Origin: an uncultured bacterium
GTDB taxonomy: Bacteria > Zixibacteria > MSB-5A5 > CAIYYT01
DNA: 64,000 nt
Assembly (NCBI GenBank): GCA_963726455.1
Contig: CAVSCK010000004.1
Coordinates: 928,001 to 992,000, forward strand
Direction of reading: 5' to 3'
Shown: piece by piece, positions 1 to 10,194 of the stretch
How the letters are laid out: each line of letters starts with the position of its first letter
Numbering within the stretch: position 1 is the stretch's first letter
The notes under the pieces: model-generated
What the model was told of the DNA's origin: nothing
Database searches by the model: none
Seen by the model: the letters and a program-made list of their open reading frames with translations, nothing else
Program-made: the position numbers and the translations under genes

Positions 1-61
1 ACTCGAACCCGCGACCAACAGCTTGGAAGGCTGTGACTCTAGCCACCTGAGTTACTCCCGC
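1..61 (-). tRNA. tRNA-Gly(TCC), 3' end cut by window edge
   Basis: Reverse complement GCGGGAG-TA-ACTCAGGTGGCTAGAGT-C-ACAGC-CTTCCAA-GCTGT-TGGTC-GCGGGTTCGAGT; anticodon TCC, T-loop GTTCGA. Confidence 0.95.
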
Positions 62-269
62 GTCATTTGGCAGCTAAATTGTTTACAATATTTTTGACCG
101 CAAATCAAGTCCTTTCTTTCCTGGGAGCGACCGTTTTCCCCAATTTACGCTTCCCCACTTAGACATTTGACCAAAATCGCTGACTGCCAACGACATTTCC
201 CTTGACTACGTTGCCGACCAACTCCCTTATTATCTATGAATTGCAGACGGATTGTATCAGAATACCAGA

Positions 270-830
270 ATGACGGACGAAATCGTTCTCACAGAACAGG
301 ATGGCCTTCAGCTTCTGGCCATCGCCCGGGATACCGTGCGCCACAAACTGCTGGGCGGCCCGGCGCCGACGGCCGACCCCGACAACGACCGTTTGAATTG
401 CCGTCGAGGCGCTTTTGTGACGATCACGTGCCACGGTGAACTCCGTGGTTGTATCGGCTACATCGAGGGCTTCAAACCCCTGATCGACATCGTCCGCGAC
501 TGTGCCATGCAGGCCAGCTTCCACGACTACCGATTTGAGCCGCTGACCGCAGAGGAATTCCCCTTTGTCGCATTTGAAATCTCCGTTCTGACTCCCTTGG
601 AGCCGGTGGCCGATGTCTCCGAAATCGTTGTGGGCAAACATGGTCTATTGATTTGCGCACGTGGTCGTAGTGGACTCCTGCTGCCGCAAGTCGCGACAGA
701 CCAGGGCTGGGACCGCGATACGTTTCTTGCCCACACTTGCCTTAAGGCCGGCCTGCCACCCGACGAGTGGCGCAAACCGCGAGTCGACATCCTCCGTTTC
801 GAGGCCCAGATCTTCAGCGAAGCCGACTAG
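270..830 (+). CDS. amrA: AmmeMemoRadiSam system protein A (AMMECR1 domain)
   Basis: GAFVT...LRGCIG, D.RF.P, EISVLTP, SGLLLPQVA, C.KAGL motifs; ATG at 270 preferred. Confidence 0.9.
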   Translation: MTDEIVLTEQDGLQLLAIARDTVRHKLLGGPAPTADPDNDRLNCRRGAFVTITCHGELRGCIGYIEGFKPLIDIVRDCAMQASFHDYRFEPLTAEEFPFVAFEISVLTPLEPVADVSEIVVGKHGLLICARGRSGLLLPQVATDQGWDRDTFLAHTCLKAGLPPDEWRKPRVDILRFEAQIFSEAD

Positions 831-845
831 ATAGCAACCATTCAG

Positions 846-1487
846 CTACCTCTTCTGGTTAACCCCTCTCTTAGGACAAACGTCCGCCATAAAGCACTGG
901 TCGCAAAGCGGCTTCCGCGCAAAGCACACTATTCGACCATGTTGAATCAACATGTGCGAAATCAGGACCCGGTCACTCTGGCCAATCCACTTCATTAGAT
1001 CCTGTTCGATCTTTTTCGGATCTTCGCTTCGTGTAAGTCCAAGCCGGTAAGACAATCGCGCCACGTGAGTATCAACCGCGATGCCGTCTCCCCGTCCGAT
1101 CAACACACCCTGAATCACATTGGCGGTCTTGCGTCCGACTCCGGGAAGTGTCTGAAGTTCATCCAACGCTGTCGGTATCTTCCCCTTGTGATCTTTCTCG
1201 ATCACCTTCGCGAAAGCGATAATGTTTTTCGCTTTGTTGCGATATAGCCCGACCGGCTTGATGGCCGCTTCCAATTCACTCTGCTTCGCGCGCGCAAAGT
1301 CGCCAACCGATTTGTATTTCTTGAATAGCGCAGGTGTTGTCAGATTGACGCGCTCGTCCGTCGACTGCGCCGACAAAATTGTTGCGATTGCTAACTGCAA
1401 TGGTGTTTTGAAGTCAAGCGAGCACTTGGCGTCGGGGTACGCGCGTTTGAGGAGGTCGACGATCTTCTTGGATGATACTTTGTTCAT
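846..1487 (-). CDS. nth: Endonuclease III
   Basis: ILSAQSTD, HhH LPGVGRKTANV, AVDTHV, Fe-S motif CFARKPLCDQCFMADVC. Confidence 0.97.
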   Translation of the reverse strand: MNKVSSKKIVDLLKRAYPDAKCSLDFKTPLQLAIATILSAQSTDERVNLTTPALFKKYKSVGDFARAKQSELEAAIKPVGLYRNKAKNIIAFAKVIEKDHKGKIPTALDELQTLPGVGRKTANVIQGVLIGRGDGIAVDTHVARLSYRLGLTRSEDPKKIEQDLMKWIGQSDRVLISHMLIQHGRIVCFARKPLCDQCFMADVCPKRGVNQKR

Positions 1488-1491
1488 TCAC

Positions 1492-1524
1492 AAAAAGGAA
1501 TGGGCAACCTTAAGTGGTTGCCCA
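1492..1524 (-). terminator. Intrinsic terminator after Gld-like operon
   Basis: TGGGCAACC/GGTTGCCCA stem followed on the minus strand by TTCCTTTTT. Confidence 0.7.
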
Positions 1525-1543
1525 ATCAATCGGTGCTATTGTT

Positions 1544-2470
1544 CTATTTCAACTCTTCCGGCTTCTTCGCCAGATTGTTGACGACGTAGTCATATACTAT
1601 GAAAGTCTCATCACCGGCAGGCGATTGGATATAGTAAGTCTTGTTGTCCGTACCCTGTCCGGCAAAACGTAATGACTTCGCGCTGCCGTCCATCATGCTC
1701 ACATCAACCTCAACCGTCGGTTGCGCAAAATTCGGCCGCACTGTATCACCTTCTGCAACCGAGTTGTTCCACCGGACCACCGCCAACTGCCGCAGCATGT
1801 TTGACATCTTTCCGGGATTTGGTTTGAACGGATCACCCTTGGCTGGAATGATGCTCCACAGCGAATCCTGTCTGCCGATGCGATAGTCGAAATCCTTGCT
1901 CTTGAAAGCAATGGTCGCGATCTGGGCAGTGTCAATAGTCAGCAGCGTCTTGTCGCGGTAACCTGATGCCGGTCGATTGAGCAACCGCGCAAAACTACCC
2001 AGCGCTTCGTACACGTCCGGCGAATCCGGTTTGCGAACATAGGTCTTCTGGTAGTCGGCGCCCATCTTGCCGATGATCACCGACGCCAGCGGAGTTTGGT
2101 CGCGATAATACGTCACAGTGTTCCCCGAAATCGTGTCAACCTGAAACAGCATTTGCTTATCAGGATTCGAGCTGATCACCTCACCGACCGACATCGTGTG
2201 CGCCAGACTTGCCAGTTGTTGTACCGTGCCCGGCTCCGTCGAGAATGACTTTCCGCGATCCAGAACGTTCCACGCCTCGCCAACTTTCTCGAATTCCACC
2301 GAACTGCCCATCCGGTGCACCGAAATCTTGTTCACCATTCCCGAATCGACACCGAGAAAATTATTCTGTGCATTTTCCGAGAGCGCTTTCTTCTGGCTTT
2401 GTGACATCAACAGGTATAGCAGAACCAGCACCGCCAGAATGATAAGCGGGATCAATCGTGATCGATTCAT
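1544..2470 (-). CDS. DUF4340-like periplasmic protein of the Gld-like ABC operon
   Basis: N-terminal anchor, IGK...YVR...VY repeats; typical position after a GldG homologue. Confidence 0.75.
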   Translation of the reverse strand: MNRSRLIPLIILAVLVLLYLLMSQSQKKALSENAQNNFLGVDSGMVNKISVHRMGSSVEFEKVGEAWNVLDRGKSFSTEPGTVQQLASLAHTMSVGEVISSNPDKQMLFQVDTISGNTVTYYRDQTPLASVIIGKMGADYQKTYVRKPDSPDVYEALGSFARLLNRPASGYRDKTLLTIDTAQIATIAFKSKDFDYRIGRQDSLWSIIPAKGDPFKPNPGKMSNMLRQLAVVRWNNSVAEGDTVRPNFAQPTVEVDVSMMDGSAKSLRFAGQGTDNKTYYIQSPAGDETFIVYDYVVNNLAKKPEELK

Positions 2471-4053
2471 ATCAACTGTCTCCTGCGATTTTGCTTGCGA
2501 ATCTGCCAGCGTGCGACACCGAACAATACCACCAGGAGGGGCATCAGGATGATGTTCATGAACTTCACGACGCCTCGCGTCGAGTCTTCGACAACTTTCA
2601 GCGGGCGGACACTGACGTCCTTCGATCTGATGGAAATCAGTCCCTCATCCTCAGAGAGCCAGTCGGTCATGTTCTGGAACATGATCAGATTCGATTGATC
2701 GCGCAGTACCTGATCCGAGACGAAATCTGCGTCACCCCAAACCACCACTCTCCCCTTGTCGCCCTGGTCCAGACGCGTGTCGAGTCCGGCGGTTCCCTGC
2801 GTAATGACCGTGTCCGGTTGCGGTTTCGGCTTGCCAGCAAAGAAGCTCTTGAAATTGCCGGTAATCGCGACTCCGAGCGGCAATCCCTGCTGATTGAAAT
2901 CGATCTTCGTCCATTGCCGGAACGGATCGATATTATAAGGAGGCACTTGGATTCCCGACTGCTTCGACGTACGCGCCAGAACTTCATAGTTCAGGCCGCT
3001 CGAACCGAAATGCGTCGTATCAATCGATGACGCATAAATCATATTCATCGACTGCAGGTCCTTGACGATCAGATTCTTCTTCGAGAAATCGGTGATCTTC
3101 GGGAAGAACGGATACTCGCGCAAACTCTGGAATCGGAATTGCCCCTGCTGCTGCTGGATTGCGATCTGCGAATTCTGAACATCGATCAGCATATTGTTGT
3201 TAACACCGACGCCGAGATTCGCAAGAAACGGATCCATTTGCGGATCGGCCGGAATCGCAGTGCCCTGCTGCACCTGCGCGTTGACCTTGTCGATCAGCAG
3301 CCCCAGTTTGCCGCCGCGCATCAGGAATTGGTCGAGCAGGTACAATTCATATTCGGAGAGCTTGGTCTTCGGACCGACGAGATACACCGTCTGGATGTCC
3401 GTCGGAATCTCATATAGCGTCCGCAGTTCCAGCGGCTCAACCTGGTACTCTTGCGACAAGACCTTGTTGATGTAGGTCAGATCCTTGTCGAGCGTCAACT
3501 CCCCGTCGCCGGTAACAAAACCGACCTTGGGAATCGAATGATGAACCAGCTTCTTGATGGCGCGCGTAATTTCGTATTCGAGGGTGGCGGTGTTTTGAAC
3601 AACGGGGATAACTTCCTTCTTATCCGCGAATAACACCGCCAGGCCCATATACACGTTCTTGATTTCCATCTTGTCGTGTGCCAGAGTCTGAATCGGCACC
3701 GCCGGTATACCATACCCGCGCGCCTCCTGCTCCTTGTTCTCTTTGACTGGATCGATGAACACGAAGTTCAGGTTCTTGCCGCCGTACGCCTCGTATTCAC
3801 CCAACTGATCCTTGAGGTAGCGCGCATTGGCGTTGTACGGCTGCGGTATGTCATCCGAGAAATAACACTTGATCGTTACGCGGTCATCCAGACTGCGCAT
3901 CAAATCCTTGGAGGATTGACTGAGCGAATAAATCTTTCCGGAGGTCATGTCGAGGCGACCGAACACATTTACGGAAAGCAGATTGAGAACCAGCAGGATC
4001 ACCAGGATGACAACTATCGAACTGATTCCGCCGATCGTGAGTTTCTTCTTCAT
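2467..4053 (-). CDS. GldG-family ABC auxiliary component
   Basis: RLDMT...YSLS..SK, LEYEITRAIKK, DQFLMRGGK, GDADF, LISIRSK; GGAGG RBS before ATG at 4053. Confidence 0.85.
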   Translation of the reverse strand: MKKKLTIGGISSIVVILVILLVLNLLSVNVFGRLDMTSGKIYSLSQSSKDLMRSLDDRVTIKCYFSDDIPQPYNANARYLKDQLGEYEAYGGKNLNFVFIDPVKENKEQEARGYGIPAVPIQTLAHDKMEIKNVYMGLAVLFADKKEVIPVVQNTATLEYEITRAIKKLVHHSIPKVGFVTGDGELTLDKDLTYINKVLSQEYQVEPLELRTLYEIPTDIQTVYLVGPKTKLSEYELYLLDQFLMRGGKLGLLIDKVNAQVQQGTAIPADPQMDPFLANLGVGVNNNMLIDVQNSQIAIQQQQGQFRFQSLREYPFFPKITDFSKKNLIVKDLQSMNMIYASSIDTTHFGSSGLNYEVLARTSKQSGIQVPPYNIDPFRQWTKIDFNQQGLPLGVAITGNFKSFFAGKPKPQPDTVITQGTAGLDTRLDQGDKGRVVVWGDADFVSDQVLRDQSNLIMFQNMTDWLSEDEGLISIRSKDVSVRPLKVVEDSTRGVVKFMNIILMPLLVVLFGVARWQIRKQNRRRQLI

Positions 4054-4058
4054 CTCGC

Positions 4059-4769
4059 TTACCTCCACTTCCGTGATTCGGTCATCTTGATGGCCAGGTA
4101 CAAAAAGAAAAAGATCATCGAGAAGTAGTAGATCAGATCACGCGAATCAATCACCCCGCGCGAGATGTTGCTATAATGATAATCGATCGACAGATACTCG
4201 AAGAACGAAGCCAGCGTATCGGGCAGGAACGGCAGTATCTTATCGAGCATGAAGAATGCGAATATGATCACGAACCCCACGATGAATGCGATGATCTGAT
4301 TCGCCGACAAGCTCGACGTAAATAATCCGATCGACACATAAACGGCGCCCATCAATATCAAACCGAGGTAGCCGCCAAACGCCGCGCCGAAATCGGCGTT
4401 GCCCAGCGATGCAATCGTGAGATAGGCGACGAATGTCAGAATCACCGATATCGCCGTCAGCGCAAAGCCCGCGAGGAATTTTCCCACCACAATTTCACTG
4501 TCTTTCACTGGCAGTGTCACCAGTATCTCGATCGTACCGGCGCGTCTCTCTTCTGCCAGCAGGCGCATCGTGATTGCCGGAGCAAAAAGCATTAAAATAA
4601 AGGAAGAGATTCCGAACAAGCTCCGCAGATCAGCCGTGTTATTCACGAACAAAGTGCTGGCGAAGAAATAACCCGACACCAGCAGGAATAGTGTGATTAC
4701 GATATAGGCAACCGGCGAGTTGAAATAGGAGCGAATTTCGCGACGGAAGATCGTTAGCACGTTATTCAT
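4059..4769 (-). CDS. GldF-like ABC-2 permease
   Basis: REIRSYFNSPVAY, PAITMRLLAEERRAGTIE, GKFLA, RGVID. Confidence 0.9.
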   Translation of the reverse strand: MNNVLTIFRREIRSYFNSPVAYIVITLFLLVSGYFFASTLFVNNTADLRSLFGISSFILMLFAPAITMRLLAEERRAGTIEILVTLPVKDSEIVVGKFLAGFALTAISVILTFVAYLTIASLGNADFGAAFGGYLGLILMGAVYVSIGLFTSSLSANQIIAFIVGFVIIFAFFMLDKILPFLPDTLASFFEYLSIDYHYSNISRGVIDSRDLIYYFSMIFFFLYLAIKMTESRKWR

Positions 4770-5700
4770 CGTGTCCTCCCTTGGTCAATTCGCGGAAGAC
4801 ATCTTCGAGACTCGACACTTCCTGTTTCATCTCCAGGAGCACCCAGCGATTTTCCACCACCTTATGGAAGATCGCCTCGCGCGGATCAACACCCTGGCGA
4901 CAGATCAACTCACATTTCGTGGTACCATGGTTCGGGTAGGCCTTGAGTTCCTCAACGCCGTCAATCGACATCAGCGCCCCGCGAATTGTGTCGGGATTCT
5001 GGTTGATCTCGATATTGACCACTGTCTTGCCGGTCAACGAATGCTGCAATGTTTCGGGAGTGCCGTTGGCCACGATCTTGCCGCGGTCAATAATCATCAC
5101 CTGATCGCAGGTGGCCTCAACTTCCGGCAGTATATGCGTGCAGAGGATAACCGTCTTCTGCCGCCCAAGCGTCTTGATCAAGTTTCTGATCTCGACTATC
5201 TGGTTTGGATCAAGGCCGACTGTCGGTTCATCCAGCACCAGAATTTCCGGGTTGTGAATCATCGCCTGCGCCAGGCCGACGCGTTGCCGGTAACCTTTGG
5301 ACAGTTCGCCGATACTTCTTGCGATGACATCTTCCAAACCGCACATTTCCACGACCTGTTTGATGCGCCGCCGGCGTTCCGATTTCAGGCCCCCGCGCAA
5401 CGACAGGATGTATTCGAGGTACTCGATCACGTCCATGTCGGGATAGAGAGGCGCCGACTCGGGCAGATAACCGATTTTCTTGCGCACTTCCATCGACTGC
5501 TCGACGACATCCAAACCGTCGATTGTCACCGCGCCCGAGGTCGGCGGCATGTAACAAGTGATGATGCGCACGCTAGTCGTCTTGCCCGCGCCATTCGGTC
5601 CCAGAAATCCCAATACCTGGCCGGTGGGAACTGAGAACGAGATGTCGTCGACAGCGACCGTTTCGCCGTACTTCTTGGTGAGATTTGTGACTTCAATCAC
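4762..5700 (-). CDS. GldA-like ABC ATP-binding protein
   Basis: GPNGAGKTT, LSKGYRQR, LDEPTVGLDP, SLEDVFRELT. Confidence 0.92.
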   Translation of the reverse strand: MIEVTNLTKKYGETVAVDDISFSVPTGQVLGFLGPNGAGKTTSVRIITCYMPPTSGAVTIDGLDVVEQSMEVRKKIGYLPESAPLYPDMDVIEYLEYILSLRGGLKSERRRRIKQVVEMCGLEDVIARSIGELSKGYRQRVGLAQAMIHNPEILVLDEPTVGLDPNQIVEIRNLIKTLGRQKTVILCTHILPEVEATCDQVMIIDRGKIVANGTPETLQHSLTGKTVVNIEINQNPDTIRGALMSIDGVEELKAYPNHGTTKCELICRQGVDPREAIFHKVVENRWVLLEMKQEVSSLEDVFRELTKGGHDE

Positions 5701-5910
5701 CTTTGACCCGTCTCCACTTTCTGATTCATATTTTGATCGTGAGTATTACTATATTCGTTTGAGAAAATCAAATCGTTTGTCTAGTCCACTATCAATCCTA
5801 ATAATACAGACAAGTTCATTCCGGGTTCCCTGCAAGTTACGGCTGCATCGGCTGTTGTCCCGTTTTTCGGCCTTCCCCGGTCGGTATTAAATCCTATGTA
5901 GCATTAAAGG

Positions 5911-7671
5911 TCAGAGTCGCAACTGTTTTTCCGCCAACTCGCGATAGAGGCACGACTTTTCCATGAGTTCCTGATGGCTCCCCTGGTCGATAATCGCCCC
6001 ATCCTTCAGAGTTAAAATTCGGTTGGCGCGTTGGACTGTTGCCAGGCGGTGCGCAATAATAATCGCCGTCTTGTCCACCAGTATCTTGTCCAGCGATTCC
6101 TGAATCAGTTGCTCGGATATCGAGTCGAGCGCGCTGGTCGCCTCGTCCAGAATCAAAATCGGAGGGTCTTTCAGCAGCGCCCGCGCCAGGCAAATACGCT
6201 GTTTTTCGCCGCCCGACAGAGTCACGCCCCGTTCGCCCACCGTACTTTCGTACCCATCCGGCAGTCCAGCGATAAAGTCGTGAATATTGGCGTTCCGGGC
6301 CGCGCGAATGACTTCCTCACGCGCCGCGTCTGGATTCGAGTAAGCGATATTCTCGGCGATCGTCGCCCTGAACAGCAGCGGATCCTGGTCTACCAGCGCA
6401 ATGTTGTCGCGCAGCGACTGCAGTGCAAGCTTGCGCAGGTCGACGTTGTCAATGCTGACGGTGCCCTGCTCGGGATCATAAAAACGCATGATCAGATTGA
6501 TTAACGTCGTCTTGCCGGAACCCGACGGCCCGACGATAGCGATTGTCTCGCCGGCATCAATATGCAAATTGAAGTGGTCGAACTTGAAGGCGCTGTCTGG
6601 GTACGTGAAGGTCACGTCCCGCATGTCGATTTCACCGTGCACCTTCGGAATTACAACCGGCTGCGGATCTTCTTCCACCGACGGCGGCATATCCAGGTAT
6701 TCGAAGACACGATCGACCGAGGCCATGGCCGCAGATATTTCCACTTTCGCAGACCCCAGAGATTGAACCGGACCGTATAGAAATGCCAGGTACATATAGA
6801 AAGCAAACAATTGACCGAGAAGCATTGATTTTCCGGCGACGAGATAGGAACCGAAACAGAGCACGATGATCGGCCCCAGATTCGTGACAATCATTACACC
6901 GTTGTATGCGATGGATCGAATCACACTGTACTTGACATAATATCCGGTCAATCCCGTCATAATCTGGTCGACTTTCTTGCGCTCTTCCTCTTCCTTGCCA
7001 AAGGCCTTGATAACCTTAAGCCCCACCAGCGACTCCTGAATACGCGCTGAAAGTTTCGCCACCGTTTCCTGCAGGCCACGTGCGGTGCGGTGAATCTTTC
7101 CGCCGAACAAGCTTGTCACCAATAGCGTAAGCGGCACGGGAATGATGGCAAACAGCGTCATCTGCCAGTTCAGGTACAGTATGTAGGCGAGCACTCCCAC
7201 CAGGAGGAGGATATTATTGATGATCGACAGCAACGTCGCCGCCAGCAAATCCTGAATGCGGGTCACGTCAGCCATGAACCGAGACATGACCTCACCGGTT
7301 TGCCGCTTCTGGTAAAAGCGCAATGACACGGTCTCCAGGTGCTTGAACAATTTCGAGCGAACGCCCGCGATAATGTTGGCGCCGATGTACCCGGCCAGAT
7401 AATCCCGCAGCCAGGAAAACAGGAATTGCGTCACGTAGATGCTGATCAGTATCAACGCAAAGCCGAGGATCGGCATGATATCAGGCTTCTGCCCTGCAGG
7501 AACTCGCCCGATAGCGGGAATGAGATCGTCGATTAGATATTCAAACGCGCGCGGGATCGCCAACACCAGAATATTGATGACAATCATCACGGCCAGCGTG
7601 ATCAATTCCAATGTCCAGTATGGTTTGAGGAACGGCCAGAGGCGTTTAGCTTTGCCGATATCGAGGATCAT
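5911..7671 (-). CDS. ABC exporter, fused TMD+NBD (no C39 peptidase domain); RiPP cluster
   Basis: About six TM helices then GPSGSGKTT, LSGGEKQR, LDEATSALD, IAHRL; start 7671 or 7704. Confidence 0.9.
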   Translation of the reverse strand: MILDIGKAKRLWPFLKPYWTLELITLAVMIVINILVLAIPRAFEYLIDDLIPAIGRVPAGQKPDIMPILGFALILISIYVTQFLFSWLRDYLAGYIGANIIAGVRSKLFKHLETVSLRFYQKRQTGEVMSRFMADVTRIQDLLAATLLSIINNILLLVGVLAYILYLNWQMTLFAIIPVPLTLLVTSLFGGKIHRTARGLQETVAKLSARIQESLVGLKVIKAFGKEEEERKKVDQIMTGLTGYYVKYSVIRSIAYNGVMIVTNLGPIIVLCFGSYLVAGKSMLLGQLFAFYMYLAFLYGPVQSLGSAKVEISAAMASVDRVFEYLDMPPSVEEDPQPVVIPKVHGEIDMRDVTFTYPDSAFKFDHFNLHIDAGETIAIVGPSGSGKTTLINLIMRFYDPEQGTVSIDNVDLRKLALQSLRDNIALVDQDPLLFRATIAENIAYSNPDAAREEVIRAARNANIHDFIAGLPDGYESTVGERGVTLSGGEKQRICLARALLKDPPILILDEATSALDSISEQLIQESLDKILVDKTAIIIAHRLATVQRANRILTLKDGAIIDQGSHQELMEKSCLYRELAEKQLRL

Positions 7672-9076
7672 TCTGCCAGTCCGGAAAATACTTATTGGCG
7701 GCAAATCGGAGCGCGCCTGGGGATAGCGTGTTTCTCATCGCTTGATCCCGCTGGGTCAACATCTCAAACCAAAGATCGGGATCGTTGGCAAGATCGTGCG
7801 ACGGAATATTGCGCCGGCAGTTTGTGTATTGATCTTCCTCCAGTTTCCACCAGTCGGGGCAGAGAATCTTGCTGCCGAATTGTTGCTCGAACCAGGCACT
7901 GTTGTAGTCCATCTCGCAGCCGGGGTAGTGCATATAGCCGAGACCGGCCCACATGAAAGTCGTTTCTTTGCGCTGCAATTCGGCGTCCATGAAGGCAAAT
8001 GTCTCATCAAGCGTTCGATGTGTCTCGCCGGGGTAATTAAAGATCATGTTTGCGCGGTGCAACACTCCGGCATCGGACAGCCGATGGCTGACCGTCTTGA
8101 CAATTTCGAGGTACTTTTCCGGCTGCTTAGTCTTCTTCATATAGCGTAGAATGTCGGGAGATCCGCTTTCAACACCCAATTCGATTTCCACCTTGAGTTT
8201 TGAGAACAGTGCAATATCCTCGGGATCAATATACTCCGGGCGAGTCTCGACAACAATCCAAAACTCCGGCTGCAGGTCGACGAGTCGGCGCAGGAATTCC
8301 TTGCGCCAGGCCGGACGCATCCCGAAACAGGCGTCACTTATTGCCACCGAGTAGAAATTGAATCGTTTGTAGGCGTCCAGAATATGCTTAATGGAATCCT
8401 CGGGACTATAGGCGCGCCATCGCCGATCTTTCAATCCCTCCATGCAGAATGCACAGTTAAACGGGCAGCCGCGCGACAGATACATATAGAAACTCTGCAC
8501 ACCTTCGGGTTTGTGTTCTGCCAGATGCTGTTCGAGCAGGTCGAGATTGAGCGGTACGAAGTGTTCGACGCCAAACATCGGCGCGTGCACAATCTTCGTT
8601 TCACTAGGACGGCCGTCGCGTTTGAGGTTGCCGGCAATTTCGCGGAGAATCAATTCGCCTTCGCCGCAAATCACGTAATCGAACAGCCGTTCTTCAGTCA
8701 GGAATTCATTGGGACGTGCCGAGGGATGATAGCCGCCGACTACAATCAGCTTATTGGGATACATTTCCCGGAAGATACGGGCGGTCTTCATGGTCGCCAG
8801 ATAAGATAAGCTGGTCCAGCAGGAAATGGCGAGAATGTCGCAGTCTTGTTTGGCGAAGAAGTCGCGGACTTTGCGTTCGTAGCGCTTGATCAAAGTCGGA
8901 CTGTTGGGCCGGCCGATCGAGTGCTCGAAATCGGCATAAGTAACAGGAAAGTATTGAGCCAGGTATGACGACAGCGTCAACTGTGACGCGCGAACATCGG
9001 GCTTGGCGATCCAATCAGGGTAATAGAAGCAGGATGGGTAAAGCACCAAAACCGACGGTGAAGTTGCAGCGGCCAA
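7646..9076 (-). CDS. Cobalamin-binding radical SAM protein (class B methyltransferase-like)
   Basis: N-terminal B12-binding fold (AISCWTS, VVGGYHPS, GEGE), SRGCPFNCAFC, LGVESGS, PGET. Confidence 0.88.
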   Translation of the reverse strand: MAAATSPSVLVLYPSCFYYPDWIAKPDVRASQLTLSSYLAQYFPVTYADFEHSIGRPNSPTLIKRYERKVRDFFAKQDCDILAISCWTSLSYLATMKTARIFREMYPNKLIVVGGYHPSARPNEFLTEERLFDYVICGEGELILREIAGNLKRDGRPSETKIVHAPMFGVEHFVPLNLDLLEQHLAEHKPEGVQSFYMYLSRGCPFNCAFCMEGLKDRRWRAYSPEDSIKHILDAYKRFNFYSVAISDACFGMRPAWRKEFLRRLVDLQPEFWIVVETRPEYIDPEDIALFSKLKVEIELGVESGSPDILRYMKKTKQPEKYLEIVKTVSHRLSDAGVLHRANMIFNYPGETHRTLDETFAFMDAELQRKETTFMWAGLGYMHYPGCEMDYNSAWFEQQFGSKILCPDWWKLEEDQYTNCRRNIPSHDLANDPDLWFEMLTQRDQAMRNTLSPGALRFAANKYFPDWQNDPRYRQS

Positions 9077-9081
9077 TCTAA

Positions 9082-10194
9082 CTAATGGCCTTCCGTTTGT
9101 GGCGGTTGGAACCTGGCCAGAAGTTGCGTGACAATCTCACTGTCCGGTGGCGCCGCGATGCCTTGTGCCTGCTCAATGCGGTACGTACAATACGGATTGT
9201 CCGCGCGGCAACCCGAGGCAGACACCGATGTTGTCGTGCAACCACCCCGGCACAGCGGCAGGTACTTGCAGTCGTGGCATGCGCCCGATGCAGTCTCGCG
9301 CGTAAACTTGCGGTTATATGCAAAGGCGTCCGGGTTATTCCAGATCTCCTTCAATGATTTCTCGCGAATGTTGCCTTCGACGAACTCCTCCTGCATGGAC
9401 AAGCATCCCTTGACGTTGCCGTTGGACTCAATCCCCACAACTCGCGTGCCGGCATAGCAACCCATATACACACCACCCTCCCAGAGTTTGGTCCCGAGTT
9501 GTCCGAAGTAGCCGATGTTTTCGCCGACGTCGAGATGCAGGCCGTTCTTACGTTCCTTGATTTCGATCAGCTTACTGATCATTTTCGGATAATCGGCAAG
9601 ACGCAGCACGAGTTCGTTGCTGTCTTTCATACGTCCGGTTGACGTGCAAAGCTGCACCCGCCATTCGGGACAACCGATGTCCACCAGAATATTATAGATG
9701 TCGTCAAGTTCTCCAAGGTTGATGTTAGACACTTGCGTCACGGCACAGAAATTGTGCCCCTTGCGCTTCGACAATTGCTTCAATGCACTCACGGCGCCCT
9801 TGAAACTGTCCTCGCGCTGTCGAATGTAATTGTGCGTCTTCTCGGTACCGTCGAAGCTGACTCCCACATTGGTCATCGGGACACTTGCCATATCGTTGGC
9901 TACCGCTTCTGTCAACAACAACCCGTTCGTTACCAATAGCGGCTTCATCTTACGCTCTTTGATCCGCTTGGCGAAAACCAGCCAATCCTCTCGCATCAGT
10001 GGTTCACCACCGGAGAGAGCGATATTGTCGGTGCCCATCTCTGCGAGTTCATCGATCAATTTTAGCCCCTCGTCGGTGGTCAGTTCGTCCGCTCTTCTCT
10101 TGCCGGCAGCCGTGCCGCAGTGAAGGCAGCGCATGTTGCAGGCGAAAGTTATTTCCCAGACGACTGCGTGGGGATAGAATTTGAACTCGGTCAT
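9082..10194 (-). CDS. Radical SAM/SPASM peptide maturase, PlpX-like splicease family
   Basis: VWEITFACNMRCLHCGTAAGKRRADEL, NIGYFG, GCYAG..VVGIESNGNVKGCLSM, CHDC...CRGGCT...NPYC.YR. Confidence 0.8.
   Translation of the reverse strand: MTEFKFYPHAVVWEITFACNMRCLHCGTAAGKRRADELTTDEGLKLIDELAEMGTDNIALSGGEPLMREDWLVFAKRIKERKMKPLLVTNGLLLTEAVANDMASVPMTNVGVSFDGTEKTHNYIRQREDSFKGAVSALKQLSKRKGHNFCAVTQVSNINLGELDDIYNILVDIGCPEWRVQLCTSTGRMKDSNELVLRLADYPKMISKLIEIKERKNGLHLDVGENIGYFGQLGTKLWEGGVYMGCYAGTRVVGIESNGNVKGCLSMQEEFVEGNIREKSLKEIWNNPDAFAYNRKFTRETASGACHDCKYLPLCRGGCTTTSVSASGCRADNPYCTYRIEQAQGIAAPPDSEIVTQLLARFQPPQTEGH

Noticed and set aside
1544-5700. Gliding motility system
   Set aside because: GldAFG-like ABC operons are widespread in non-gliding bacteria and no gldK-N/spr genes are present
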